In this document: positions 13,063-27,300 of the stretch, piece by piece
Position numbering within the stretch: the first letter of the stretch is position 1
How the letters are laid out: the number at the start of each line of letters is the position of its first letter
Origin: Podarcis vaucheri
Lineage: Eukaryota
Direction: 5' to 3' (one strand)
DNA: 64,000 bases
NCBI GenBank assembly: GCA_965113315.1
Contig: OZ220375.1
Notes under the pieces: model-generated
Seen by the model: only the letters and a program-made list of their open reading frames with translations
Database searches by the model: none
What the model was told of the DNA's origin: nothing
Position numbers and translations under genes: made by a program

Positions 13063-13254
13063 CCTACCCAATCCCACTGGCTCTCTGAGGAGAAGCTGGG
13101 GGCAAAGGCAGTGGTTCAGGCGTAAGGGACAAGGGGGAGGCCTGCAGTCATTTGACACACCCAGTTTTTTAAAACACACACACAAAGGTTTCAAATTTAT
13201 CAATATAATAATCCCAATTTATTTACAGTTCAACTGAACAGCTAAATGCTCCAG

Positions 13255-13470
13255 GTCAAAGCTAAGGGGAACCAGGCAGAAGACCTTCTTGGCAGTGGCA
13301 CCTGCCCTGTGGAACGCCCTCCTGTCAGAAGTCAAAGAAATAAACGACGACCTGGCTTTTAGAATACATCTGAAGGCCGCCCTGTATAGGGAAGCCTTTA
13401 ATGTTTGATGTTTTGCTGTAGTTTTATAAATTGTTGGAAGCCGCCCAGAGTAGCTGAGGCAACCCAGTTT
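13255..13470 (+). mobile_element. LINE (L2-like) 3' fragment
   Basis: GTGGCACCTGCCCTGTGGAACGCCCTCC core, related to 63650-64000. Confidence 0.55.
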
Positions 13471-14200
13471 GTGTTTCTATACAGTATTGTGATTTTATGC
13501 TGCGAACCATCATGAGACCTGCAGGTATAGGGCAGTATATAAAATTAACAACAATGACAACAACACAGAGCACTTTCTCAACTTCCAGTTTTGTACGTTG
13601 CATTCATAGCTCAGACAGACTCATCCACTAGGCTCTTTTTTTTTGTAGTAACAGCCTTTAAATAGCACAGCACACGAGAGTATAAAGTGTTGGCTGAGTC
13701 TGTGCAGAGTCCCCCATCTCCATCCCCACCCCAGTGGAAAATCTGACAGCTCTTTCGACACTTGACTGCTTTCCAATAAACACTTTGGTCTAACTGATAC
13801 GGGGCCCTGGAATGTCATTTTGATGTTTGGCGCTGGGCGGAGGGCAAGGGGGCCACACCAACTGGCCTTGTCAGAAAGCATCAACACTCTAAAGCCACAC
13901 ACTCTAAAATGGTGAAATATCCATGTAAGCCGAAGAGAAATCAAAGTATATCTACAGTAAAAGTGCAGGCCCTGCCTCTTTCCCCAAAGGCACCCACACA
14001 AGAGAAGAGCAAGAGCTTTTCCTTCCCCTATTCCCAATGGAGACATATTCCAGCCCCATTATTCCTGTACTACGTGCTGTGAATGATGTACATTCATATT
14101 TGCATGTGAAGGGAGTCTCCTTGCTGTGTCTCTGCATACTTCCTTGCTCTGCCCTTGTTCCTTCCAACTTGCTTCCACAGAAGGTGGGTAGTAACCCATA

Positions 14201-14429
14201 CAGTGGTACCTCAGGTAACAGACACTTCAGGTTACAGATTCTGCTAACCCAGAAATAGTACCTCGGGTTAAGAACTTTACCTCAGGATGAGAACAAAAAT
14301 TGTGCGGCGGCAGCGGGAGGCCCCATTAGCTAAAGTGGTACCTCAGGTTAAGAATGGTTTCAGGTTAAGAATGGACCTCCAGAACGAATTACGAAGAACA
14401 AAGAAAGTTCTTAACCCAAGGTACCACTG
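14201..14429. mobile_element. Tigger-like MITE
   Basis: TA-CAGTGGTACCTC...AGGTACCACTG-TA. Confidence 0.8.
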
Positions 14430-16645
14430 TAGTTTTATTCTATAACAAAAATAGGTGCCAGTACTGCGTATCCTTGAGTAGAAAAAAAAGCACTAGTAGT
14501 AACTGTGACAATTTGTAGCGTTGGGTACGATCAATCAGTCCCAGTGAAGACTGTAGAGCTTTGTACCATCAAGAGTTGCCTGCTGTGTCCCTGCTCTGAG
14601 CTAGCTTGCTTCTAATCAGGAGGCACGCTTACAAGTGCAATTTACACATGGGCAGGAGAAGGGCAGAAAGACTGTTCTGCAAACAGGTAACCCTCTTTCA
14701 TATGAGAGGTATGAAAGACTTGTAGCTCAGTGGCAGAGCATTTGTTTTTGCATCTACAAGATCCCGGCTTCAGTTTCCAGAACCTCCAGAAAGGACTGGG
14801 TGAGATTGTTGTGAAGTTCTGGAGTGTCATGGACAGACATATGTAGACAACAGAGGAACAAATGACTCATTGTAAGTCAACATCTAACGTTCCCCTCAAA
14901 GGATTAATTTTTGGAGAGCGAAAAATGTGAAGCGTGTCTATCAGACATTTGGGAAGCAACTGCTTAAAGTAGATGCGAATGGCAAGGCTATCGCTTGACA
15001 GTGGAGCATGGAATTCACCTACAGATAATAGTTCTGGAGCGGCAGGTTTTGTGTATCCCACACCATTTCTTTCCCACCAAAGACCTTATTCAAAGCACTC
15101 CTCTTTCTCTTTCTATTCTAGGACCTCTAGGAAGATGCCATACTTAATAAAATCACTGCAGATAACAGTAAGGAAATGTGCACTTAAAATACATTTTACT
15201 GTTTCAGCCAGCCACACAGAGAGGAGAGGGAAAATTTGGAGAACTATTGTTTGGTTTAATTTTAACTGCCCATCACAATAGATCAAATAAAAGCAAGTTT
15301 GTTCACATGGCTATTCAACTTGTTTGTTGGTATTACAAAATTAAAAGTGTCCAATTATTTCTAAATACATTGCTTTTCCTTGAGACACCCTCTGATTTTT
15401 GCATTTGTCACTCATATCTGGCACGCCTATTAAAAGTTAGAGAACTATCATCTCTAGAGTCGAATTGTACAGTAACGTTTCCATTTTATCTCTTTTTCCA
15501 GTATTTGTTGGCTCACGAGCAACTCTACCACAGACAGTAAAAAAAACACTTTTTATGCCCTGACATTTCCAGCAGTTTGAACAAAACACTTTTATTTATG
15601 TTACACTTATCAGTAGTGGACTAACAGAGCACCTGATAAACCATTTTGACACATTTTCTCTTAATTACCATGCATGAAGAAAGAGTATGGCTGATCTTCC
15701 AAAGGTGTTTCCATACATACTTGGAGAGGTATATTAACTTCCACACCTAGAGTCCACTTTCATTACTGTATATCTTTCATTTTGCCAGTTCACCCTGCTA
15801 CTCCCAGGATTTTATTGTCAAAATCTGATATTCCAGAACTAGAATGACTCTCAAACAGTGTTGCAAGGAACCAGAAAAAGCAACATACAAGTATGGTATT
15901 CCTTCCTCGACACCTTCCCTTTTCCACCCTCGAGAACTGGAGCCAAGTGCTTTGCCAAACAAAGGCAAAGGGGTTCTTTGTTAAGGATTGAAAAACTAGT
16001 AAGTGAAAAAAGCCTGGAATTTATTCAGCAGCAGACTTCTCATATACAAGGATAGAGAACCACTCCTTTACACAAGAGTAAACACAATAGAATAGACCAG
16101 TGGTTCCCAGTGGGCAGTGCTTTTTTCCTTGGGGTGCAGTTTTCCTCCCCCCCCCAAAAATGCTAAAAAGTGTGGCACTTACTGCAACACCTTCATGGTG
16201 AGTACTGACACCTTCTTTCTATAAAAAAGCACTGTCAATTGGTGGCACCATTCACATAATAAAAACTACCAGATACCAAAGGTTTCAAAAGTAGGGGGTC
16301 CATGGTTTGGCTTTTGAAAAACAGGGGGTTTGCAGTACTTAGCCAACTGGGAAGCAGTGGAATAAAGCAGGACACAGGAATAGGACAGACTAACATACCA
16401 GGCCCTCCTTTTTACACAAGGATACCAGGCAAAAAATCCCTTCTTTAAACAAGGACAGAACATACCTGGCAAATGTTTCTTCTTCCAGCTGCTGGGACCC
16501 CCAGGGATACAGTAGCACCTCAGTTGACCTCATTCTGGCCAGGCTATGCAACACCTACATCAGTTTAGGCCTGCATCAAAAATCCCCCATCCCTTGCTTA
16601 AGCCCTATGGCTTTTGTCTGCCCCAGTCATGAGGCTTAATTGATG

Positions 16646-16716
16646 AGCTCCCTTCACCTGGCTTGATTGTTAAGCTCCCTTCACCTGGCTTGATTGTTAA
16701 GCTCCCTTCACCTGGC
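16646..16716. repeat. 27-bp tandem repeat, about 2.6 copies
   Basis: AGCTCCCTTCACCTGGCTTGATTGTTA unit. Confidence 0.9.
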
Positions 16717-18079
16717 ATTTGGCAGGGGGTGTCTCATGGCCTAGGCCAAAAGTAATTAGCCTACAGCTGTGCTATGTGTGCACAAGGAGCACCCCTGCAA
16801 GCAACTTGAGTCATTACTACTGGGCTTAGGAGAGCAGGGAAGTCCTGCTTCCATAGTGACATGGAGGGTTAATTGTGCAAGGCCACAGACACCTCCTCGG
16901 ATTAACAATTAATCTTCCTCATTCCCAGGACACCAAGCAAAAGCCAGAGAAGTTTCGTCCTCCTACCTGCAATGTTCTGTTCCTAGTCGGGAGCAAGGCA
17001 GCCTCAGTTACTGGGAACCCCCTTTCTTGGACAACAGGACAAAGGAACAGTGTCACTTCCCCCCAGGGAGGGGCTTCCTCATTGAAGCCTTTGTGGCAAG
17101 CAGAACATTCAATAGTCTAGATTGGAGTCACCCATAAGGGGCAGTGAGAGCTCAGAAGCTAAGTGGGTGCCAGGAGGAAATATTGAGAGTATTGTGCCCA
17201 TGGGCAGCACGCTCGCAATTCTTGCTCTATACCACATCATTTTCCCATTAGAAAAATAGGAGTAAAATACTTGGATAAGGATATTGTTAATAAGCTCAGC
17301 TCAGGCTACCAATAAGTGTAGCTTATTGCAAACCACTGTCCTAAGGAATGTTACCTTAGAAAGCTGAAGTGGCAGTTTTCCAGAAAGAGATGCTCAGGCA
17401 TCTGTTTCCCTTGATGTGCAATTATGAATCAATATTGGCTGCAATAAGCTAAATTTCAAAAATCCAAGAAAAGACTTGGCTCCCTTAGAGATTTCTGACA
17501 CAAGAGAAGACACATTTGAGGTCCTGAAACTCTTTGGCACAATTAGGGTAACATTTGAGGGCTCTCCTGGTCTGGAGCAAAGGATGACAAAGTTTCTACA
17601 ACAAAATTCCATTTTTTTGGAATGCAGGAAGTGCCAGAATGCAGCACAGCCTAATTTCTATTGAAAACACAGTACACCTTAAATACCAATGGGAGAATGT
17701 TCAGCTTTAATATGGATCTAGGTAAATACCATCAGAAGTGACTGCCTCATGTTTAATAATGTGCATTAAGGCCCTGACCCAAATGGGCAAAACTAGAACA
17801 TGGGGCACTTTTGCATACATGAACCTTTTGCACTGGGGAAATACAGTCGCTGGCCTGAAGTCTCTGCATCCCTGCTTGGACTGGGGATAATGGGAGTTGT
17901 AGTCTAACAATTCTAGAGTCATGGGATCCCATCTCTGGCTTAGTGTTACAAGAACATGCTACAGTGAACTTGTACACTCCACCTCCCCACAATGTATTTT
18001 TCTTTAGTACACACAAAAAAACATGGCGATTCAGAAGTAGCAGAATTTCTAAGTAACGACTTCCAACAGAAATAAAATG

Positions 18080-18085
18080 TTTATT
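18080..18085 (-). terminator. Candidate proximal poly(A) signal AATAAA for TOP2A
   Basis: Plus-strand tttatt about 100 nt downstream of the stop codon. Confidence 0.5.
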
Positions 18086-18185
18086 AAGATGAAAATGATA
18101 GTGAACAGTGTCAAATATTTACAGGGACAGACATGTTAAAACATCAAAAGGCAGACACCCCATTTTTGAACAAGGTGCTTTCAGT

Positions 18186-18329
18186 TCACAGTAGCTCGTC
18201 GTCCGATTCCTCAAGGTACTGGACAGCTTTCCTGGGCCGACCCAACCTTTCACGTGCGACAGTTGGAAAAGGTGAATCCTCACCTGAGCTTATTTCAAGG
18301 GAAAATGACTCATCAACATTCTTGGATTT
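18186..18329 (-). CDS. TOP2A: TOP2A exon 35 (coding part, with stop)
   Basis: [12 protein letters not shown]...[22 protein letters not shown] (chromatin-tether-like C-terminus). Confidence 0.92.
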   Translation of the reverse strand, partial: KSKNVDESFSLEISSGEDSPFPTVARERLGRPRKAVQYLEESDDELL

Positions 18330-21300
18330 CTGCAAAGGAAAAAAAAAAGTGGGCCTGGTAAGCTCTCATAGGTATTATGTGGGCTCAGGAATGGCCACAA
18401 CTAGCCCCTCCTTATGGAACATGGATGCATTAATGCATCAGTTGTGGGGAAGAAGAACTTTTAAGTGCTCTACAAGCACTCTGAGAGATAGAGTGATATT
18501 CCTGGTTTATGTAGGAGAAACCACTTCAGCCACAGGCCCTAGGGCACTTCATTCCACAGCACACCAGAAATAAAACGCTACATATTTTATTAAGGGCGTG
18601 GTTTCCTTGCAGAGCACTGCAGGCTTGCCCCATGTTAACTTGTTTAGGGCACTCATAACCAGTCACCAACATATACAGATGCACTTTTAGCTAGGACTTC
18701 AAGGTGAACAAGATGGTGCGAGGCCCATGTATGGTTGATAAGAATGTTTAGAATTTGTTACAGGTTATGGAGAACACCCATACCTGGCCATATGCCAAAA
18801 TCGACCTCAGTGGCGCCCTAAAACTATGGCACTCCACCCCCGTTGCTCTTTCAATTCTGGCCTTTAGGTATGCCTTAAAGACACTATCCTTCTATACTTA
18901 ACAAAAAAGATGGAGAACAAAAATGGGGGCAAACAAACCTTAATTGCTGTAGTTTTTTTAAGAGCTGGGCCAAAGTCAGAATCAGAGTCGTCAGAGCTAG
19001 AAACCTTCCTTTTGGCAGTTTTTTTCAACTTGGGAGGTGCACACTTTTGGGAGGCTGCTTCATCCGTGCTGGACTCCGAACTCTTAGCTGCTGTTGCCTT
19101 TCTGGGTTTTGCGGTTGCCTTCTTCTTAGAGAAAGCATCCATAATAGAAGGCTGATTGCCTAAGAGCAAAAGAATCAGTGAAATCTCTGCTGTTTCTTTC
19201 CCACAAAACCCTGGATCTACCACAACGTTTTCAAGCCATTGCTTCAGAAACTCATTCCGGTAACTGTTAAGGCAGTGTTAATTGCCAACAAAGGGCTAAA
19301 CTACAGTAGATAAAACTGAAGTATAGCCACCATTTTCAAATGTCAGTCGAGGCTGGAAACAACCATGTGCTTCAACGACAGGAAAGTAACATGGCTATTT
19401 AATTGTGTGAGCAACTCCACAATGGAACAGGCTCTACTAAAAAACCTATGGAATCTTGGCTTGTTCACATTTCGGCTTATTAAGATAAGACATGTTCAGC
19501 CCAAAATGGTCACTAACTCTCCAAGAAAAAAAATATGTTGTGTTAACTTCCAGGGGCTGAAGAAATGTTCAATAGAGATTTGATGGATTTCAGAATATCC
19601 CTTTTCAAGGTAACAGTTACTACTTCATTTATTTCATGAGAATTAACCATAGATAAAGGTAAGTAAAGGTACCCTTGACCATTAGGTCCAGTCATGGACA
19701 ACTCTTTACTGGCCAAGGGAGCTGGCGTTTGTCCACAGACAGCTTCCGGGTCATCTGGCCAGCATGGCGAACCAGAGCAGCGCACGGAAACGCTGTTTAC
19801 CTTCCCACCAGAGCGGTACCTATTGATCTATTTGCACTTTGACGTGCTTTCGAACTGCTAGGTGGGCAGGAGAACTAACTACAGAACTAGAGTAATTGAT
19901 TTGACTTTCTATTTTCCAAACCCTTAATTTCTAAGCTTATCAGTGAAACTGAACCTCCATCATGCAGTTTCTGCTTCCACCTATGTAGTAAGCCAGAACA
20001 AAACACCTTTTGGGGCACTTATAGTAATGTCACTGAATACTCACCTTTTAACATACAGACCATCAGTAGTAATCTTACCTTCAGCTACCTTTGCTGTTTT
20101 CTTGGCTGGAGCTCTCTTTTTGGGAGCAGGCTTGGCTGGCACATCAAGGGTAGCAGGCAGAGAAGAGGCTGCTGCAACTGGTTTGCCTGCATCATAGTCC
20201 TCAATGTGAACTTGAATAAAGAAAAGTCCCCACTAAGCTAACATGTAGTAAACATCGTGAATTCTATACTGAAAAATTCAGTATAGATTTTTTTTTGCAC
20301 AGAGAACAAACCAAGCCACTTTTAAAAGATTGCAAACATCCATGGGCAAGGATATGAATCTCTTTAGCTCTGAAACAGGGAAGGGGAAAGACAATGCAAA
20401 CATTGTAACATGATCCCAATACCAGGCCTGCACAGCATAAGACCCATGGACTGACTGACTGACTGCAGTCCTCTTGCTATCTCTGCACCCCCCTAAGGGA
20501 ATTCCAATTACAGCCACACTGTTGGATACAAATATTGTAGTCCACGGCAATGCACCAATATAAAAATCTCATGCTAATATAATGATGGAAGCAGAGAAAA
20601 AAGTATCTGCCAGCTAGAAGTATAGCAGTTAAAAGCAGGTGCACTATAGAAAATGGCAGTTAAAATGGTAACAAAAATGGCCCCTCTGCAGAAATATGGT
20701 CCTCTTGAGTTAATAAAAATGTAAAAGTAGCCCTCAGAGTGATTTAAGATGAACATGTAGATGAACATATTCACTGCTTCCTTACAAGGGAGTAAGCCAG
20801 AACTTTCCAAACTTTTCATGTTGGTGATGCACTTTTTAGACATGCCTCATTTCATGACACAGTAATTCAGTCTTACTAGCAAACTAGAAGTTATTAAACC
20901 CCTTTCAAGCCCCAGGACAAGTTGTGACACACCTACACACTGCAGCCAACATACTAACATGTCGTGATAAACAGTTTGGAAAGCTCTGGAGTAAGCAAAA
21001 CTACCAAATGTTCCAAAACAATGTAGCAAGATATACCTCAAGGCTTCAAAATCCTTTTGTTTACAGAACTTGCAAAGAAAAGAGACCATGCAGGGAAATA
21101 TCAGCACAAACATAAATATGAATGTATTAGGTAGTTCTTTTGTATGCAGATGGGATTTCCTTCTCATTTTTTAAGCCCTTGCAATCTGTCATATTACAGT
21201 AATGACCGCTGCTCTTAACCTAGGACTGCAGTGTTTTTGGCAGCTTCATACACTACAAAATCCCATTAAAACTAAAAATTAAAAGTATGCTTTTTTTCAA

Positions 21301-24300
21301 ATTCTGGTGATTCCGCACTTTAATTCTATACAATTTGAGGCTTTTAAAAAATCTTGCAGGAATTGGCCAGCAGATGCTTCTTGCATGAAGTGAGGAACAG
21401 TAAACCATGGATAGTCGAAGTAAGGCCCGGGGGCCGGATCCAGCTCAATCGCCTTCTAAAGCCAGCCCGCAGACAGTCCGGGAATCAGCATGTTTTTACA
21501 TGAGTAGAATGTGTCCTTATGTTTTAAATGCACCTCTGGGTTATTTGTGGGGCATAGGAATTTGTTCATCCCCCCCAAAAAAATATAATCCGCCCTCCCA
21601 CAAGGTCTGAGGGACAGTGGACCGGCCCCCTGCTGAAAAAGTTTGCTGACCCCTGCAGTAAGCTATCTACTTTCAGCTGGGGGTGGAGATACAAAAATGA
21701 GAAAGTCACTTAACGGCAGTCCCATATTGCTGGTAGTCATGGTAACACCGATTTAATCACATGCAGCTATGGTGTGATCTTGTTACTTTTACGCATCAGA
21801 ACATTAATTTTTTAATAAAGACTGATGCCTGGCTGCGTTAACAATAGATGTTAAACTTGAGTGGTACTTACTGGAGATGGTGCTCTGTACCCCTTGTGGT
21901 TTGATGGCTTCTTTGCCTTTACGTCCCTTGGCTTTCCTAGAACACATAATACATACTATGGAGCAAATTCTCCCCATTTCCATGTGTTTGCTCCCTACGG
22001 TACAGAAATAAACTATATAGGACTGAATGGACAAATAGCATGGACTGTGTTCTTGGTATTGAAGTGACAACGCACGCTACACACCAGACACCTCTCACTT
22101 TTTCATTTCTGTTTGCTTCACCCCATTATGAAGAGCTTTGTGGTAACATGAGGTTAGTGCAAGTAGCTTGCCACCTTTTTGGTATATTTTTTATTATAAT
22201 CTAACGAGATGGGAAGTGGGTGGCGCTGTGGTCTAAACCACTGAACCTAGGGCTTGCCAATTGGAATCCCCGCGACAAGGTGAGCTCCTGTTGCTTGGTC
22301 CCAGGTCCTGCCAACCCAGCAGTTCAAAAGCACACCAAAGTGCAAGGTGGAGGGAAGGTAAATGGTGTTTCCATGCACTGCTCTGGTTTTGTCAAAAGCG
22401 GCTTAGTCATGCTGGCCACACGACCCAGAAAAACATCAGCTCCCTTGGCCAGTAAAGTGCAACCCCAGAGTTGTCCGCGACTGAACTGTCAGGAGTCCTT
22501 TACCTTTAACAAGAGTTACATTTTGTGTGTATTTGTGTGTACTTCACTCACATGGAAATAGTATTCTGTTCATCAGATGCAGCATTCTCAACCAATTCTT
22601 GGATGTCACCACCAGTGTCACTGAGGTTTGAATCTGACACACACTTTGCTTTTGCTGAAAGAAACGGAAGAAAATTAGGCTGCAACCTTACACATGCCAG
22701 CTCAGTACATGCTGCGGAGTTTGGCGGGACTTACTACTAGATAAATGTGTGTAGGACTGTAGCCTTAGAAAATGCTGTCAAGTAGAATCAACATTCTTAA
22801 TCGCTTTTGCAAAGCTCCAAACTTTCCTTTTTTTAAAAAAATACAATTAAACCAAGGATATTTAACAAAGGCAATTTAATTATACCAAGAGTACAGCAGC
22901 AAGCAAAAGTTCCCACATCATTTTTAACCATAAACCTACCTTTTGCTAGGCAGCTTGACATGTTTTCAGGAGACAGCAGAACCTCCATATCACCACCACC
23001 ACCACCACCGTTGTCTGTTTCCGAGTCAGACCAAGAGTTTTTCTTTGTTTCTTTTACTGGCTTGAATGGCAGTGTGGATTGTTTCTTGGTACCTTAAGTT
23101 AAACAAATTGGCTAAATTTTAAGACAATGCATGCTCTGTCCAAAAGAAAAAAGTATTGAGCACTTAGACGATGCATCTACACCTATGCACATTATTTTTT
23201 GCTCAATACAAACATCCAAACAATCTTAAAAACCTAAATGAAGCTTAATCTACTAAAGAAAAGCTACCAAAGAAAATGAATGACACTTGTGAGCAGGTGT
23301 TACCTGGTTCTGTTTTAAATTTCTTTGCCAATCTTTGTTTAAGAGTCAATGGTTCCTTATCGCATGCTGATCCATCTTCTTCTTGAATCCCATTAGGCTC
23401 AGTTGTTTCACTCTACAGGTAAGCAAAGGGGGAAATTGGTCACTATACATACAATGGATGACAGGACAAAGGTATCAAAGAAAGTGGGAATATATACATA
23501 TGCATAATACACTTTAATAGTGTGCGCACGCACACATACCCCTTAACAGAGGCTAATATTATGTTACCTTGATTTTCCTTTTTACTTTCTTCTCTGCACC
23601 TGCTTTCATCTCCTCAGTCACACGGGGGATGACCCTCCTGCCATGTGGAGAGGGCATAATCTCCTGCAGCTGCTGCTTCTGTACTTTCAGCCTTCCTCCT
23701 TTCCCTTTGGCGGCCTTGCCTGCAGTTCCAGCCAACTCATCCTGTTTTTCCTTGTTTTCTTGCTCCTAGACGGGGTAGGTAGGTAGGTAGAAAGTGGGAT
23801 AAAGAACCAGAAGCAAGAATGAGCAGCATGGGGATTTTAAATCTTGGTGTAACCAAAGCCCAGTCCACCCCCCAAAGGAAGCAAGCAAGCAAAATTGCTC
23901 ATATCAGCATAGGCCAGAGGGCAACTGCCACTGGGGCAGCACTTGGCCACCGTCAGCCTCAGCAGCATTCTTTCTTGTGGGGTTTCAGATTCTTTGAGAT
24001 GGCAGAACTCTGCTGAATGCTTACATTCTTCCCACCCTTAAGAGAGATTACTGCTATGATGGATCAAAACAGGCTGCAAACTGAATAACTGGCCAGCTAC
24101 TCTTCCCCCAGAGTTACTTACTTCAAGAGCTTCAACAAAGGCAGCAAGATCTTCTCTCCATAAGTCATTAGGAGCCTTTCGTTTCAGGTTTTCCAGCTCC
24201 ATTTCCTAATAAGAACCAGTGAGGAGGAAGAAATATTTAGGAGAAACAGCTGAATGCGTGTTTGAGTCTTCAACAATGTCATCTCTCAAGTTTCTCCATA

Positions 24301-27300
24301 ACAGCTCTTTCACCTACTTTGTCACCCCTTTGCTTGCAGAGCTCATCCTTTTTTTCCTTCGTCAGGTACCAGAGAGGCATGTTCAGAAGGTAGTTAAAAT
24401 CTGGTCCAGAGGCTGCAGCAGATGCAGTTTCCTTATCACTGTCTCCCTCTTCTTCATCAATCTCTTCATTGCCCTAGAATGGAGAAAGTTGATTTGTTTG
24501 CTGAGGCTGCTCGCTATCCATGGCAATGTACCTCTTGCCCAACACTTTATTTTGGACTGAGGAAAGCAGCAGTAATTGCCTGCTCTCTGAAGGGGATACT
24601 GAACTCAATAGCACCCCCCCGGGCAAAGATAGAATTACCTGCCACTACATCAGCCATGTCTACTGCAATAGGGCTGCCTTTCTGCCTTAAAAAGGCCAGT
24701 CATTCTTAAGACAGTGTGAAATTCAGGATGAAGATTTATTTGGGATATTTATAAAGCACTCAGGGCAATATGCAACAGGGGAAAAACATCACACATAACT
24801 ATAAACATTAATAGATATTAAAATCCTGAATTAAATATTGCCTTTTATGACTCAATATTGTAAATTTGGGATTTTTACTGTAATCTGCCCTGTGATCTTT
24901 GGCTGAAGAGCAGCGCAAAAAATTAATGATACTCTCATTATTTTTGTGCTGCAGCACCTGCCATGGCAGTAGGGTTGGTGGAATCCCCTTCAAAGGACAT
25001 AGAACCTGGAGAACAGATAAATTAAAAGGAAGAGATTGAAGATACACTACCTTCTGTTGAGACTCTTTCCATTTCTTTACTGGATCAGAATCATAACCCC
25101 TCTGGATAAGGACCTGTATCAATTCTTTCTTGGGTTTATTCTCTAGAAAAAAACCACACACACATTTTCAGGTCACCACATGGAATGAAACCAGTTGAAC
25201 AAGCAACCAAAAATCAATGGGTATACCAATTTAGCAATCTGGGCACTCTATTAGGAAGGAGCAAGGTCAATTTGCACACCACGTAGAGAAAATCAAAATC
25301 AAATTGACTTAACTTCATTCTCCTGTCCCATTTTCAACTGCCTTATTCTCAAGGCATAGTTCATGTTTTATCACTTCAGGATTAATTTGGTTTTATTTCA
25401 TATTTTTTTTTGGGGGGGGTGTCCACAAATAAACATTAGTATACGGTTTATTTCAAGGTGCATCTTTTGAAAATGAAGCTTGCCTCTCTATCTGAAGCAG
25501 GTTTGAATTCTGGAAGGAGAGCCTTTTCTTCCAGTGAAAATGAATTTGCGTTTGCCTGCCCCAGCCTCAGAAGAGGAACCAGCTGCCCTACCATCTTCAA
25601 GATAAGAAGCTGCTCATGGTAAGCTCTGGCAATACCTACTTACCAATCACTATTTGGCCTTCTATTTTTTCGAGGATAAAGCGAGCCTGGTTGTTCAGTT
25701 TTGCAGATTCTGCACTCAACATCCCAACAAGCCAGTCTTTCCTTAAGCCATAATAGCGCAGCCTGAGCTCATAGAATTCCCGCAGAATATCCTCTGCAGT
25801 CTCATATTTCTTCAGGCACCCAACGTGGTCAAAGAGTACCTGGAGCAAATAGCAAAAACCCAGAAGTCTGTAACCTGCAAACCTATATGGATCATGGCTC
25901 AGAAGGCTGCATGGAGCCCCTTTGATACTTGCACTTCCCTACCCACTTATCACATACCATGTTGTTGCAGGAAAGAGAAGTCTGAAGTTTGAAGACCTTG
26001 TGTAGACCAGCAGCCTCTGCCTCCATCAGATTCTTCTCACTCATTTTTACAATGAATTTGACTGTGGTATCGGTGTGATACTCTTTGTAGTCTGTTATTA
26101 GGGGGGGAGTCTTCTCTGTGCCATTCAGCATAGGCTCCAGAACCTGTTCTTTATATACCTAAGGGTGGGGAAAGCAAGCAAGAGGTCAGTACTTTGTTTG
26201 TACCTTTCCCCCACCTCACCAGGAAGGCTCTAGGAGCATAGTAGAAAATTAAACATCTCACCTGGGTCCATGTCCGAACAGGAAGTTCAGAAATTTCAAT
26301 GGTGGTCGAATCAAGAATAGACACCTCCCCGTTGACAAGGTACTGGTTTTGTCCCAGCGTATCTATTGTCCCCTTGAAATTTTTGTAACTTGGAAGCTTT
26401 AAAAAAAGAGAGGGAATTGTAACAGAGTAAGCCAAACAGCACTCAATTTTGCAGTTTATACAGTGTGCTCTGACTCCAATTCAGCAAGACCAGCTCAACT
26501 CCTTTGCAAATTTGGCCAGACAAGAGCAGCGTTGTAGGAAAAGCAGACAAGAGCAGAATTGCTGCTGGAGGGTTGTACTTGTACAGTGGACACTCGGGCT
26601 TGGGTTGGTTATGAAAGCGGCAAACCCGGAAGTATTTTTCCAGGTTTCGCTGCTCGCGCATGTGCAGAAGCGGTCCTCCAGTTGCAAATTCCTTGGGATG
26701 CAGCCACTTCCGGAACGGATCCTGTTTGCAACTGGAGGTACCACTGTAGGGAGAAAAGAGCAGGCACTGGATTTTAATGAAGAACAAGAGGGATGTCTTC
26801 AGAATGTGTGTCACTAAAACTTTCATCAAAAGGAGTAAACATTCACTGTCAACTTGCAAGGGCTGAAATCTCATGGCCCACAAATTGAGATGCTGAAGTA
26901 TCATGCTAGAAAGCAGCAATCTGCCCTTGCCCCCACACATGCCAATTAGCATTTCTCTTATGATCAGTCCTATTTCACCTAGCCATCAATACATTTGCAT
27001 TACCATTGGAAGTGGCTCATCTCCATCTAGCATGCGCCGAATGTTATTCACCACTTCTCGGACATCATAGTTGGGAATCTTGCATGACCAGCCAGTTCCA
27101 ATGCCCTCAGCACCATTGATTAGCACCATGGGAATGATTGGAATGTACCATTCCGGCTCAACCCGTTGGTTGTCATCATACAGAAATTTCAGCACACTGT
27201 CATCCGCTGGTGGGAAAGCCAAACGTGCCAACGAGCTAGAAAAGAAAGTGGCTTGTGCTTAAAACAGTTCTGAGATAGGAATCCTGGAAACAGGAAAAGT

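Noticed and set aside
14720-14860. tRNA-like GTAGCTCAGTGGCAGAGCA sequence (similar pieces near 1010-1120, 8190-8330 and 29650-29790)
   Set aside because: Decayed tRNA-derived SINE copies with no intact cloverleaf.
16646-16716. CRISPR-like repeat array
   Set aside because: Head-to-tail tandem repeat without spacers, in vertebrate DNA.
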